Positions 29,527 to 39,317 are shown, counted from the first letter of the stretch. The stretch: 64,000 bases of DNA from Alphaproteobacteria bacterium (GCA_050175015.1 JBFXJJ010000009.1:1-64000), one strand, 5' to 3'. Numbers and translations: made by a program. The notes: generated by a model from the sequence alone, not told the origin.

Positions 29527-30651
29527 ATGGCAAAAGCAGTCTCAAACGAGAAAAGAACGTCACTAGCAAAAGCTGCGAAACAACTGAGTGTTGCGGAACA
29601 GTATTATGCTAGGCTTATATGTTCTATGAGCAGTAAAACAAGGTTAAAAATTTATCGTAAACTTGCTTCTTTGCTTCATAACCGTTTTTCTCTTATGGAC
29701 GCTTTGGAACGTGTTCATAATATTATCACAAACAATGGAAAAAAACCTAACGAACCTATGGCTTTAGCTCTTGCTAGCTGGTCAAAAAATCTATCAAATG
29801 GTCAATCTTTTTCCGAAGCGTTAAAAGGCTTTGCCCCTAACCGAGAAAGACTGATGCTTTCTGTGGGTGATGTTTCCGATCTTGAAAGCGCTTTAAACAA
29901 CCTTATTAAGGTGGCAGAGGGTTCTGCCAAAATGATTGGTCCTATCATCTCGGCGTTGGCATATCCAGCGTTCTTGGTGATTATGACGGTTGCTGTGGTT
30001 TATGCTATTGGTGCATACATGGTTCCTCCTATGATTGAGGCGGCTCCTGATACGATTTGGCGAGGCGTTGCAAAAGATGTTGTTGGCTTGTCTAACTGGA
30101 TTATTAAATATTGGGCTTTAGCTTTTGCTGTGCCTCCTACTTTATTCATAATTATATATTTCACCTTAGGAAACTGGACAGGATTTATAAGAGTTATTTT
30201 TGATAGGTTTCCTCCTTGGTCAATTTATCGAGTATTTACTGGGGTTTGCTGGCTTTTAGCGCTAGCTGCTTTGGTTAAAGCAGGAACGCCAGTTTCTATT
30301 GCTTTGCGTTCTTTGCGGGCAGATTCTAATCGTTACTTAAGGGAAAGAATTGATAAAGCCTTAGTTTACGTTAATAACGGTGATAACTTAGGTGATGCTT
30401 TGTTTAAAACAGAAACAGGGTTTCCTGATGAAGAGATTATTGGAGACCTTAGAATTTATTCAGAATTGGATAATTTTGAAGCCGCATTGGATCAAATGGC
30501 TAATGATTGGCTGGAAGAAAGTGTAACGGGTATTGCTGATAGAGCCGCTCTTCTTAATACAATCGCAATCTTAATGGTCAGTGGTGTGATTGCTTGGGCG
30601 GTTATGGGTGTGTTTGAAATGCAAAACCAAATCACGAATTCGATGAAATAA
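29527..30651 (+). CDS. pilR: Type IVb pilus inner-membrane platform protein (PilR/GspF family)
   Basis: NGQSFSEALK, ALAYP, PPWSIYR, GDNLGDAL...FPD; three TM segments. Confidence 0.87.
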   Translation: MAKAVSNEKRTSLAKAAKQLSVAEQYYARLICSMSSKTRLKIYRKLASLLHNRFSLMDALERVHNIITNNGKKPNEPMALALASWSKNLSNGQSFSEALKGFAPNRERLMLSVGDVSDLESALNNLIKVAEGSAKMIGPIISALAYPAFLVIMTVAVVYAIGAYMVPPMIEAAPDTIWRGVAKDVVGLSNWIIKYWALAFAVPPTLFIIIYFTLGNWTGFIRVIFDRFPPWSIYRVFTGVCWLLALAALVKAGTPVSIALRSLRADSNRYLRERIDKALVYVNNGDNLGDALFKTETGFPDEEIIGDLRIYSELDNFEAALDQMANDWLEESVTGIADRAALLNTIAILMVSGVIAWAVMGVFEMQNQITNSMK

Positions 30652-30675
30652 AATCAATAATTTTTGAAGAATTGT

Positions 30676-30706
30676 TAAAGGAACTTTTTTTAAAAAAGTT
30701 CCTTTA
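30676..30706. terminator. Hairpin ending the pil operon
   Basis: TAAAGGAACTTTTTT-T-AAAAAAGTTCCTTTA. Confidence 0.6.
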
Positions 30707-30779
30707 ATTTTGTGTAGGTAATAATATTTATGCTTATGTAGAGAATAACGATGCTCTAAAAGCTGTCGCTTTTGTCCTA

Positions 30780-30821
30780 GCGGACGGCTTTTACTTTTAT
30801 AAAAGTAAAAACAAAACTTTT
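30780..30821 (+). repeat. REP/MITE-like repeat, copy 2
   Basis: Perfect 22-bp palindrome TTTTACTTTTATAAAAGTAAAA at 30789-30810 followed by CAAAACTTT as in the other copies. Confidence 0.6.
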
Positions 30822-31493
30822 TTAAGGAATATCAGCAATAATCTGAGCTAAATCTTTCATATCTGAAAAAACACATCTTGCCCCAGCGTCTTTTAGCACG
30901 TCATTATGACCAGTTTGACAGTGGCTTCCTCCAGTAAAACCAATAACATTCATACCAGCTTTTTTGGCGCCCTTTATACCCGATGGACTATCTTCAACAA
31001 CGAGGCATTTAACAGGGGCTATCAGCATTTTTTCTGCGCAATAATAAAAAATATCAGGGGCAGGCTTACCGTTTCTAACAAGGTTAGTGCTGAAAATATG
31101 AGGGGCAAAAAAGTCATATAATTTGGTTATTTTTAAAGTGCTTTCAAGGCGTTCTGGCTTGCTTCCAGAAGCGATGCATACTGGAAGAGTATTTTTTTTA
31201 AGGAATTGCTTAATACCTTTAATAGGTTTTAAAGTTTTGGCAAAAACGTTTAAAGTTTCCTGCATAACGTCGTCTTCGAAATTATCAGGAATAGTAATGC
31301 TTTGCTCTTCTTGCAGGATCCTATACATTTCTTCGGTTTTCATACCAGTAAAACGTTTTACAATATCTTGATATGTTATTTTAAAACCTAAACTAGAAAG
31401 CATTTTGGCTTCCGTTTGGCAGCCGCCTACTTCACTATCAATTAACACTCCGTCGCAGTCAAAAATAATTAATTCAATCATTGTTACTTCCAT
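30822..31493 (-). CDS. HAD family hydrolase
   Basis: IIFDCDGVLIDSE, IASGS, GKPAPDIF, VVEDSPSGI. Confidence 0.92.
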   Translation of the reverse strand: MEVTMIELIIFDCDGVLIDSEVGGCQTEAKMLSSLGFKITYQDIVKRFTGMKTEEMYRILQEEQSITIPDNFEDDVMQETLNVFAKTLKPIKGIKQFLKKNTLPVCIASGSKPERLESTLKITKLYDFFAPHIFSTNLVRNGKPAPDIFYYCAEKMLIAPVKCLVVEDSPSGIKGAKKAGMNVIGFTGGSHCQTGHNDVLKDAGARCVFSDMKDLAQIIADIP

Positions 31494-32043
31494 TACTACA
31501 AGTTAAGTCAGATTCCGTTGCCGCTAAGACAATTTTTTTAGATGTTTCATAATCAAAGCCGCCTCTTGCCATTTTACCTAGTTCTTTTTTTATGCTATTT
31601 TCAAGCAGTTTTTTGCGAAAAGGCCCGATTTTTTTCTTGCGAGCAAAATTAACAGCGGCAATAAAATCGGTATTATAATTATTGGCATCATCTAAAGAAG
31701 AAAGAACTTTAGAAATAGTTTCGCTTTTTATGCCTTTTAAAGCTAGCTTTTGTTCAATTATCTTTTTTGATTTTCCCTTTGCAAAAAGTTCTTTTACCTT
31801 ATTTTCAGCATAGCGTTCATCAGATAGGTAGTTATATTCTTTCATTTTAGAAATGATATTATTAATAGAGTTTTCAGCATTTTGAACATCTATGCCATTG
31901 TTTTTTGCTTTTTCTATGCGCCTTTTTAGGACATCTTTAAGACTTTTTTCGGTAGCTTCATAGCGGCTTAAATAAAAAAGAGCAATTTTTTGCAATTTTT
32001 CTGCGGATAAGGTATTTTGTTGCTTTTTGCTTGAGGACATCAT
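31474..32043 (-). CDS. recX: Regulatory protein RecX
   Basis: ALFYLSRY, YLSDERYAE, GKSK..I..KL..KGI, FARKKKIGPFR, ARGGF. Confidence 0.85.
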   Translation of the reverse strand: MMSSSKKQQNTLSAEKLQKIALFYLSRYEATEKSLKDVLKRRIEKAKNNGIDVQNAENSINNIISKMKEYNYLSDERYAENKVKELFAKGKSKKIIEQKLALKGIKSETISKVLSSLDDANNYNTDFIAAVNFARKKKIGPFRKKLLENSIKKELGKMARGGFDYETSKKIVLAATESDLTCSNGSNND

Positions 32044-32101
32044 AAAAGCGTATTATCTCCTTGTTGATAGTCTTTTTTATTTATATGGGATTTTAAAAAC
32101 T

Positions 32102-33004
32102 GTGAATAGTAGTAATTTTGATATAATTCTGCCTTTTTTAATTGAAAATGATTCTATAAGGGGTCGTTTTTCAAGATTAGATGAAACTGTTAATGTCATT
32201 TTGAGCCAGCATCAGTATCCTTTAGCAATCGGCGGCGCTCTTTGTGAGTCTATGGCATTAGCTGCGATTTTGGCATCAACACTTAAAATTGATGGTACTT
32301 TCACACTGCAAGCCCAAGGAAACGGTATTATATCTCTGCTTGTGGTTAATATTTTTCAAGATGGCAAAATGAGAGCTTTTGCTAAATATGATGAAGAAAA
32401 GTTAAAAACAGCACAAATAAAGAGAAAAACTGAGAATATGTTAGAGCCTACACCTCATCTGCTAGGAGGAGGTTATTTAGCCTTTACCGCGGAACAGGGA
32501 GAAGAAAGATATCAAGGAATTGTTGCTTTAGAGGGAAATACTTTGGCAGAATGTGCTAATAAGTATTTTATAAAATCAGAGCAGATTGATACAGCTATTA
32601 AAATTGCCGTAAAAGAACCTAACGACAAGAGAGGTTGGCAGGCAAGCGCTGTGATGGTTCAAAAAATGCCTCAAGAAAAGAAAGATGCAGTTATTTCTCA
32701 GGACGACGATGATGATGTTTGGCGCAGTGCTGTTATTTTCTTAAGTTCGCTTCAAGATAATGAAATGCTTAGCTCTAGTAATAGTCCAGAGGAAATCATT
32801 TATCGTATTTATCATGATAATAATTTAAAAGTTTTTGAGAAAAAGCATATTAGTTTTGGTTGCAGTTGTTCTAAGGAACGAGTTGAAAATACGCTTAAAA
32901 CATTTTCGAAAGAAGAGCTGGCTGATATGAAAGAAGAAGGTAAAGTAAAAGTTAAATGTCAGTTTTGCTCCAGAGAATATATTTTTAATGATGGAGACTT
33001 ATAA
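32102..33004 (+). CDS. hslO: Hsp33 redox-regulated chaperone
   Basis: IRGR, YQGIVAL, YF..SEQI.T, CSCS..R and CQFC zinc motif; GTG start assumed at 32102. Confidence 0.92.
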   Translation: MNSSNFDIILPFLIENDSIRGRFSRLDETVNVILSQHQYPLAIGGALCESMALAAILASTLKIDGTFTLQAQGNGIISLLVVNIFQDGKMRAFAKYDEEKLKTAQIKRKTENMLEPTPHLLGGGYLAFTAEQGEERYQGIVALEGNTLAECANKYFIKSEQIDTAIKIAVKEPNDKRGWQASAVMVQKMPQEKKDAVISQDDDDDVWRSAVIFLSSLQDNEMLSSSNSPEEIIYRIYHDNNLKVFEKKHISFGCSCSKERVENTLKTFSKEELADMKEEGKVKVKCQFCSREYIFNDGDL

Positions 33005-33573
33005 TGAAAAAGATTCTATGTGTTTTATTAATGTTTGTAATGACGGCTTGTGCCGCAGTGAAAAAAACAGAAATAAAAAATTATGATATTTCATTCGATG
33101 ATGGCGAAATCATTACTTTAGATGCCAAGGAAATGAAAATAAAGATTCTGTATGAGCCGCCATTTAAAGCTCCTAATATTGAACATTTAATGCCATATCC
33201 TCTAGAAAAAGCTATTCTTGGTTGGGCTAAAGCTAAACTTAAGGTTTCAGGAAAGGGCGAAAATATTGCGGTATTTACCATAAATAATGCCAGTGTTGTT
33301 CAAGCGATAACAGATGAAGGGCTTTTAAAAGGCGGAGATAGGGAAACTTATAAAGCAAATGTTGAAATATCATTAGAAATTCAAGACTATAAAGGCGGCA
33401 AAACAGAAGCCGTTGCAAATGCCTGGCAGGATTATACCCGTCCTTTGGTTATGACATTAAGCCAAAGAGAAGAAGTTTGGTTTAATATGGTAAAAGACGT
33501 TACAAATGATGCTGGGGGTAAACTTGAGGCTACTATAAAAGAGTTTTTATCAAGTTATATTGTAGAAGAATAA
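33004..33573 (+). CDS. Lipoprotein of unknown function
   Basis: Lipobox MTAC; YEPP..APNIEHLMP; TAATG coupling to hslO. Confidence 0.7.
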   Translation: MKKILCVLLMFVMTACAAVKKTEIKNYDISFDDGEIITLDAKEMKIKILYEPPFKAPNIEHLMPYPLEKAILGWAKAKLKVSGKGENIAVFTINNASVVQAITDEGLLKGGDRETYKANVEISLEIQDYKGGKTEAVANAWQDYTRPLVMTLSQREEVWFNMVKDVTNDAGGKLEATIKEFLSSYIVEE

Positions 33574-33741
33574 CAGCACATTTCTTATCATAAATTTATA
33601 GCAATCAAGGGATAAGTTTTTTCTTATCGGTTTTGGTTGCTATAAATTTTTTTAATATTATAATTATGTCTAATTTTTTGCAGTTCAGTCTTTTTGCGAA
33701 AAAGAATAATAATGTCTAATAAATATAATCTCAGGTGAAAA

Positions 33742-34932
33742 ATGAATAAAATTGATGCTTTAATATCTAAAGTTAAAAGTCTTGACTCTAATCTTTCAAA
33801 CAAAGATTTCCTGCTTACTTGGGAACAAACAAAAGATGAGCTTCTCTCTGTTTTAACAGTTGCAGAAGCTTTAAAAACATTTAGAGATAACAACGTGTCT
33901 CCTAAAATTTTTGATTCTGGCATAGGTGTTTCTTTATTCCGTGACAACTCAACTAGAACCAGATTTTCTTTTACATCTGCTTGTAATTTGCTCGGTTTAG
34001 GTATGCAAGACCTTGACGAAGGCAAATCACAAATCGCTCATGGTGAAACAGTTCGTGAAACTGCAAATATGATTTCTTTTTTAGCCGAAGTTATAGGAAT
34101 TCGTGACGATATGTATTTAGGTGCAGGAAATGCCTATATGCGTGAAGTTGGTGAAGCTCTTGATGACGGTTTTGAAAGTGGTGTTTTACCTCGCCGTCCA
34201 GCTATTGTTAACTTACAATGCGATATCGATCACCCAACACAGGCAATGGCTGATTTTGCTTGGCTCATAGAGCATTTCGGTTCTCTTGAAGCATTAAAAG
34301 GTAAAAAAATTGCAATGACTTGGGCTTATTCTCCAAGTTATGGCAAGCCTTTATCTGTACCTCAAGGTATAATCGGTCTTATGACAAGATTTGGTATGGA
34401 CGTATCTTTAGCGCACCCAGAAGGCTATAACCTTATACCTGACGTGGTTGAAGTTGCACGTAAAAATGCCAAAGAATCAGGCGGCAATTTTACCGCTGGT
34501 AATTCTATGGAAGATGCATTCAAAAATGCTGATATTGTTTATCCAAAATCATGGGCACCTTATGCTGTTATGGGCAGAAGAACAGAATTGTTAAGAAATA
34601 ATGACCATGCAGGTCTTAAGGATCTCGAAAAAGAATGTCTTGCCAACAATGCTAAGTTTAAAAACTGGGAATGCACAGAAGAAAAAATGAAGCTTACTAA
34701 AGACGGTAAAGCTCTTTATATGCATTGCTTACCTGCAGATATTTCTGGTGTTTCTTGCAAAGAAGGTGAAGTTGCAGCTTCTGTTTTCGATAGATATAGA
34801 ATCGAAACTTATAAAGAAGCAGGCTGGAAACCTTATATCATTTCTGCTATGATTCTTTGTCGTAAGTTCAAAAATCCTGCTGAAGTACTCGAGAACATTA
34901 AAAAACAAGCTCCTAAGAGAGTTATGTACTAA
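33742..34932 (+). CDS. ygeW: Knotted carbamoyltransferase YgeW
   Basis: FRDNSTRTRFSF, QIAHGETVRETANM, NLQCDIDHPTQ, WAYSPSYGKPLSVPQG, MHCLPADI. Confidence 0.93.
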   Translation: MNKIDALISKVKSLDSNLSNKDFLLTWEQTKDELLSVLTVAEALKTFRDNNVSPKIFDSGIGVSLFRDNSTRTRFSFTSACNLLGLGMQDLDEGKSQIAHGETVRETANMISFLAEVIGIRDDMYLGAGNAYMREVGEALDDGFESGVLPRRPAIVNLQCDIDHPTQAMADFAWLIEHFGSLEALKGKKIAMTWAYSPSYGKPLSVPQGIIGLMTRFGMDVSLAHPEGYNLIPDVVEVARKNAKESGGNFTAGNSMEDAFKNADIVYPKSWAPYAVMGRRTELLRNNDHAGLKDLEKECLANNAKFKNWECTEEKMKLTKDGKALYMHCLPADISGVSCKEGEVAASVFDRYRIETYKEAGWKPYIISAMILCRKFKNPAEVLENIKKQAPKRVMY

Positions 34933-34968
34933 TTTTTATTGATTAAATTTTTTAGAAAAGAGAGAAAA

Positions 34969-36171
34969 ATGGAAAATAAAATAATGGAAGCGGCAAAAGG
35001 TTATGCCGATGATATGACACAATTTTTGCGTGATATGGTTGCTATTCCTTCCGAAAGCCGTCAAGAAAAAGAAGTTATCTTAAGAATTAAACAAGAAATG
35101 GAAAAAGTTGGCTTTGATGAAGTTCGCATTGATAAAATGGGAAATATTCTTGGCCGTGTTGGTAGTGGTAAACATGTTATAGCAATGGATGCCCACATAG
35201 ATACCGTTGGTGTTGGTGATCCTGAAGCTTGGAGACATGACCCATATAAAGGCAAACTTGAAAACGGCGTTATTTATGGCCGTGGCGCTACTGACCAAGA
35301 AGGCGGAATGGCTTCTATGGTATATGCTGCTAAGATTATTAAAGATCTTAAACTTGAAGATGATTTTACACTTTGGGTAACTGGCACTGTTAATGAAGAA
35401 GATTGCGATGGTCAATGCTGGCAGTATATTCTTAAAGAAAAAGTTTTGAATCCTCAGCCAGAAGTTGTTGTTATTACTGAACCAACCAATCTCAATATTT
35501 ACCGCGGTCATAGAGGCCGTATGGAAATCGGAGTTACAACCAAAGGCGTTTCTTGCCATGGTTCTGCTCCTGAGCGTGGCGTTAATGCTGTTTATAAAAT
35601 GGCAAAAGTTATCAATGAAATTGAAAAACTTAATGATCGTATCAAAGATGATGCTTTCTTGGGTAAAGGCACGGTTACGGTTTCTTACATTGATTGTAAG
35701 ACCCCATCACTATGCGCTGTTCCTGATAGAGCATACATTCACCTTGATCGCAGACTTACTGCAGGCGAAACCAAAGAAAGCGCTGTAGCTGAAGTCAAAG
35801 AAGCTGTTAAACTTGCTGGTGTTGAGGCTGATGTTGAAGTTCTTCGTTATGACGTTCCTAGTTATACAGGTTTCTCTTATGAAGTTGAAAAATATTATCC
35901 AACTTGGGTTTTAGAAAGAGAGCATAAAGCTTGCAAAGCGGCAGTTGAAGCCTATAAATCAACCATTGGCGGTGAGCCTAAAGTTGACAAATGGACATTC
36001 TCAACCAATGGTATTGCTACCATGGGTATGATGGGAATTCCAACGGTTGGTTTTGGTCCTGCAAATGAGATTTATGCGCACTCCATTGATGACCAATGCC
36101 CTGTTGAACATTTAGTTAAAGCAGCTGCTTTCTATGCTGCTTTCCCTCAAAAATATTTAGCTGAAAAATAA
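34969..36171 (+). CDS. ygeY: YgeY family M20 metallo-hydrolase
   Basis: DAHIDTVG, GRGATDQEGG, EEDCDG, GHRGRMEI, SCHGSAPERG, WTFSTNG. Confidence 0.92.
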   Translation: MENKIMEAAKGYADDMTQFLRDMVAIPSESRQEKEVILRIKQEMEKVGFDEVRIDKMGNILGRVGSGKHVIAMDAHIDTVGVGDPEAWRHDPYKGKLENGVIYGRGATDQEGGMASMVYAAKIIKDLKLEDDFTLWVTGTVNEEDCDGQCWQYILKEKVLNPQPEVVVITEPTNLNIYRGHRGRMEIGVTTKGVSCHGSAPERGVNAVYKMAKVINEIEKLNDRIKDDAFLGKGTVTVSYIDCKTPSLCAVPDRAYIHLDRRLTAGETKESAVAEVKEAVKLAGVEADVEVLRYDVPSYTGFSYEVEKYYPTWVLEREHKACKAAVEAYKSTIGGEPKVDKWTFSTNGIATMGMMGIPTVGFGPANEIYAHSIDDQCPVEHLVKAAAFYAAFPQKYLAEK

Positions 36172-36212
36172 AATTTGTTTTTTTAAATATTTTTTAAATG
36201 TGACATAAAAAC

Positions 36213-36253
36213 AATATAGCCCGTTTTTCTATAGGAAGACGGGCTATATTTTT
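36213..36253 (+). terminator. Terminator after ygeY
   Basis: AATATAGCCCGT...ACGGGCTATATT followed by a T run. Confidence 0.75.
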
Positions 36254-36331
36254 ATGTTTTAGTTGACAATTAGATGTTTTTGTCCAATATACTGGAATTA
36301 TGAAAGCCACTTTCTTTAAAGAGGATTTGAG

Positions 36332-37144
36332 ATGTCAAAAAGAAAAGATAGTGCTGAAGCTAGATTTTTAGCTTTTAAAAGCAGGGGTGTGGCCGGAGAG
36401 TTTCTTAGCGGCGCTAAAAATATATTAAAAAAAGCACAAGAAGATAATAAGTCTTTAGAACCACAAGATTTATCGAAGACAAACCTTGTTGCTGTTGTGC
36501 GCAAATATTTTCCAGATTTTTGGAATAGTTCAGAATGTGGAATTCGTTGGAATAACAATTGTTATTCATATGCTTGTAACGATCCTTTTGGTCATAAAGG
36601 TAAGCCTCAGCCAGGAGAAAAAGCTGGACACTGCTGTGAGAATATGACTATCGCTGATGTTACTAGAGCATCTATCAAAGATGGATTAGTTAAAGCTGAG
36701 TTAGATAAAAAAGGCAATCCTATTCCTAAAGACGGCTGCTATGTTGTAGCTTTAGTCGTAGCCGAAGATTATGATTATCATTGGTATCGCCAAGATGAAA
36801 ATGGGAAATGGACTCACAAAATGGGTTCATCAGACACTTTTGATGTTGATGCTGGAGGGCAAGTAATTACAGACCCTAGATATTGCAATCGTGGCTTGTA
36901 TGATCAATTTGGCGGCTTCTTTTATGTTCCTAATAACGGAATTAGGATTGGTGAAAAAGCAAGAAGATATAAAAAAGCAACATTTGAAGATGATTATAAA
37001 CGTCATTTAGATAAACTTGATGAAAAATCTCGCAAAAAACTAAGCAAAGTTGTTGAAAAATGTGGAGTTTTTGTTGATAAGAAAAATATAGCAAATCAAA
37101 ACTCTAGTTTTATAAATATGGTTAATAGAGGGAAAAGCCGTTAA
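36332..37144 (+). CDS. Hypothetical protein with putative papain-like Cys-His dyad and basic C-terminal tail
   Basis: NNCYSYA, PQPG, DYHWYRQD..G.WTHK.G; GAGGA ribosome-binding site. Confidence 0.6.
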   Translation: MSKRKDSAEARFLAFKSRGVAGEFLSGAKNILKKAQEDNKSLEPQDLSKTNLVAVVRKYFPDFWNSSECGIRWNNNCYSYACNDPFGHKGKPQPGEKAGHCCENMTIADVTRASIKDGLVKAELDKKGNPIPKDGCYVVALVVAEDYDYHWYRQDENGKWTHKMGSSDTFDVDAGGQVITDPRYCNRGLYDQFGGFFYVPNNGIRIGEKARRYKKATFEDDYKRHLDKLDEKSRKKLSKVVEKCGVFVDKKNIANQNSSFINMVNRGKSR

Positions 37145-37231
37145 AAAGCTTCCTCTTTATTAGAGAATTTGATATTTTTCTTTCTTAATAAAAAAGATAA
37201 CTGGTATTTAACAAATACTAGTAAATCCTAG

Positions 37232-37849
37232 TTGGAGTTTATTACATTGCTTGAAGAAAAAATAGTCAAAGCTCTGCAAAGTTTAAATGGCGGAGAATTT
37301 AAACCTAAAAATAAAATAGGATTTAATGAGGCAAAAGATATTTTGAATGATATTCTGCAAGGCAAGTATCAAAAAGAAAACTATTTTTTGAATGAGAAGT
37401 ATGAAGGCTCAAATAAAAGCCAAGAACAATTTAGCACAGGAGATATAAGCGTTTTCAGACTTTGTGCGGTCACCAAACTTGGCGAAGGGGTTAGTGTCAA
37501 TTTGGGCGGCATAGTTTATGATGAACCTTTTTTTGCGGTTCTTGCGGCTTTAAATGCTAATAATAAGGAAGTCTTACCTGTAGCTAAGAATTACGATACT
37601 TATAAAGCGTTGTTAAAAAAAGCAGAAATGGGTCTAAAAAAAGGTGTTTTCCAGTCTGACTTTTTGAGCAAGATTCAAATCTTTTTTAAAGAAGGCGATT
37701 TTATCGACGGCAAGGCCGAGCCTATGTTTGATGTTATAACTATTAAAAAAGAGCAATTTGAAAAACTTCAAGCCAAGGGTTTTGCATCATTTTCTCAAAA
37801 CGGCAGCATCAAGTTGTTTGAGCTTTACAAAAATCCGGATTTTAAATGA
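37232..37849 (+). CDS. Hypothetical protein
   Basis: 205-codon ORF overlapping the dtd start (ATGA). Confidence 0.6.
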   Translation: MEFITLLEEKIVKALQSLNGGEFKPKNKIGFNEAKDILNDILQGKYQKENYFLNEKYEGSNKSQEQFSTGDISVFRLCAVTKLGEGVSVNLGGIVYDEPFFAVLAALNANNKEVLPVAKNYDTYKALLKKAEMGLKKGVFQSDFLSKIQIFFKEGDFIDGKAEPMFDVITIKKEQFEKLQAKGFASFSQNGSIKLFELYKNPDFK

Positions 37850-38289
37850 AAATAGTTTTACAGAGAGTTTCTAAAGCATCTGTTGTCGTAGATAATAAAA
37901 TGATAGCAGATGTAGCTAAAGGCTTTTTAATTTTGTTTTGCGCAGAGATTGACGATAAGGAAGAAGATGCCAAATATCTTGCGTCAAAGATTATAAAAAT
38001 GCGTATTTTCAGCGATGAACAAGATAAAATGAATCTTTCTATCAAAGATGTTGGGGGACAAATTCTAGCGGTTAGTCAATTTACACTTAGCGCTGATTGG
38101 AGAAGAGGCAACCGCCCCAGTTTTTCGAAAGCGGAAAAACCAGAAAGAGGCAATGACTTATATAATAAGTTCTGCTCTTATCTTGAAGAAGAGGGAATTG
38201 AGGTTCAAAAGGGCATTTTCGGTGCTAAGATGGAAGTCGAACTTCTTAATGATGGACCTGTTACCATTATAATGGATTCAAAAAATTAG
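37846..38289 (+). CDS. dtd: D-aminoacyl-tRNA deacylase
   Basis: VLQRV, SQFTL, GNRPSF, FGAKM, NDGPVT. Confidence 0.96.
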   Translation: MKIVLQRVSKASVVVDNKMIADVAKGFLILFCAEIDDKEEDAKYLASKIIKMRIFSDEQDKMNLSIKDVGGQILAVSQFTLSADWRRGNRPSFSKAEKPERGNDLYNKFCSYLEEEGIEVQKGIFGAKMEVELLNDGPVTIIMDSKN

Positions 38290-38340
38290 AATTGTCCGTG
38301 TCTAGATATCTATAACATTAATTGTTTTTTGCCTTAATGC

Positions 38341-38823
38341 TTAGCGTCCGTTTTTAGCATTTTTTATAACAGCGATGTTAATAGCCGAGTTACTTGCTTC
38401 GGTAATCGGAGCGGGCTTATTATCATTAGATTTTTCTTCAAGATAACGCTGTTTGTTATCTAATATTTTACGGTTTATTTCTGACTTGTCAGGTGAGACA
38501 GACGCTTTTTCTAATGTTTTTGCTCTATCTAAGCCCTCTTTTTTAGTTGAGGAAAGCTTATCATCTTTAGGATTATGATGTTTTTGATCTTGTTCTTTTA
38601 AAACAAATTTCATCAATCTTGGAAAAATAGGTTTAAGTTTTTCTGCTATGCTTCGTCCTAGTTCTGTATTGCGAGCCAAAAAAGTTAAACAAACAAACTG
38701 TAATGAGCTAGAAAAAGGAACGCCAACCAAAATCACACTCGTTGTACAAACAAGAGCAACTTTAACTTTATGTGGTATTTTATTCCAATATCTTTTAAAG
38801 AATCCGGGCTTTTTTTCTGACAT
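38341..38823 (-). CDS. Hypothetical membrane-associated protein with basic C-terminal tail
   Basis: One hydrophobic region (about aa 22-49); ends INIAVIKNAKNGR. Confidence 0.6.
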   Translation of the reverse strand: MSEKKPGFFKRYWNKIPHKVKVALVCTTSVILVGVPFSSSLQFVCLTFLARNTELGRSIAEKLKPIFPRLMKFVLKEQDQKHHNPKDDKLSSTKKEGLDRAKTLEKASVSPDKSEINRKILDNKQRYLEEKSNDNKPAPITEASNSAINIAVIKNAKNGR

Positions 38824-38867
38824 TATAAAGCTTTCATATTGTTTTTTCTTTAAAAATAATAATACAC

Positions 38868-39317
38868 TTATTTAACATTATTACTATCTTGATTTCTAGG
38901 TGTTACGACTAAAGATATTGTGGTATCATTAGTTCCAGAATTTTCTAATTGGATTGTAACAACCCTGGCTCTGCGTACATAGGTCATACTGCTGATTTTG
39001 GAACGTATGATGGCAACCTCCTGCCAATTAAACTTAGGCATTTCCGACATATAAAAATCAAACATTGAGCTTACATTGTATGGTGCAGAAAAAACAATTT
39101 TGCCTGTCCAAGATTCGCCGCTTCCTAAAACAACGGTGCTGTCTAAATCCATAATAGTTTTCTCAGGGAAAGGCAGGTCAGGAAATTGAGCAAAAGAAGC
39201 AGGAATCGCTTCTTCTTCTGTTCCCGATATGCTTCGGTTCGAAGCAACAGGGGCAAAACTGCTGGTGCAGCCTTGAATAACCATTAACAGAGAAAAAACA
39301 CATATAATTCTAAACAT
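38868..39317 (-). CDS. Lipoprotein of unknown function
   Basis: Lipobox IQGC; FAQFPDLP, GESWTG, FDFY..EMP...W. Confidence 0.75.
   Translation of the reverse strand: MFRIICVFSLLMVIQGCTSSFAPVASNRSISGTEEEAIPASFAQFPDLPFPEKTIMDLDSTVVLGSGESWTGKIVFSAPYNVSSMFDFYMSEMPKFNWQEVAIIRSKISSMTYVRRARVVTIQLENSGTNDTTISLVVTPRNQDSNNVK

Noticed and set aside
15373-30651. tRNA-anchored genomic island or ICE
   Set aside because: No integrase, no duplicated tRNA 3' end seen, the locus lies on the tRNA's 5' side, and there is no obvious compositional shift
27713-30651. Type II secretion or Tad system
   Set aside because: The TcpQ domain, lipoprotein secretin and PilO2/PilP order match type IVb (R64/Tcp/Bfp) pili; no pseudopilins or Flp/CpaB are present
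33624-34025. Minus-strand 133-aa ORF
   Set aside because: Antisense to ygeW with no recognisable features
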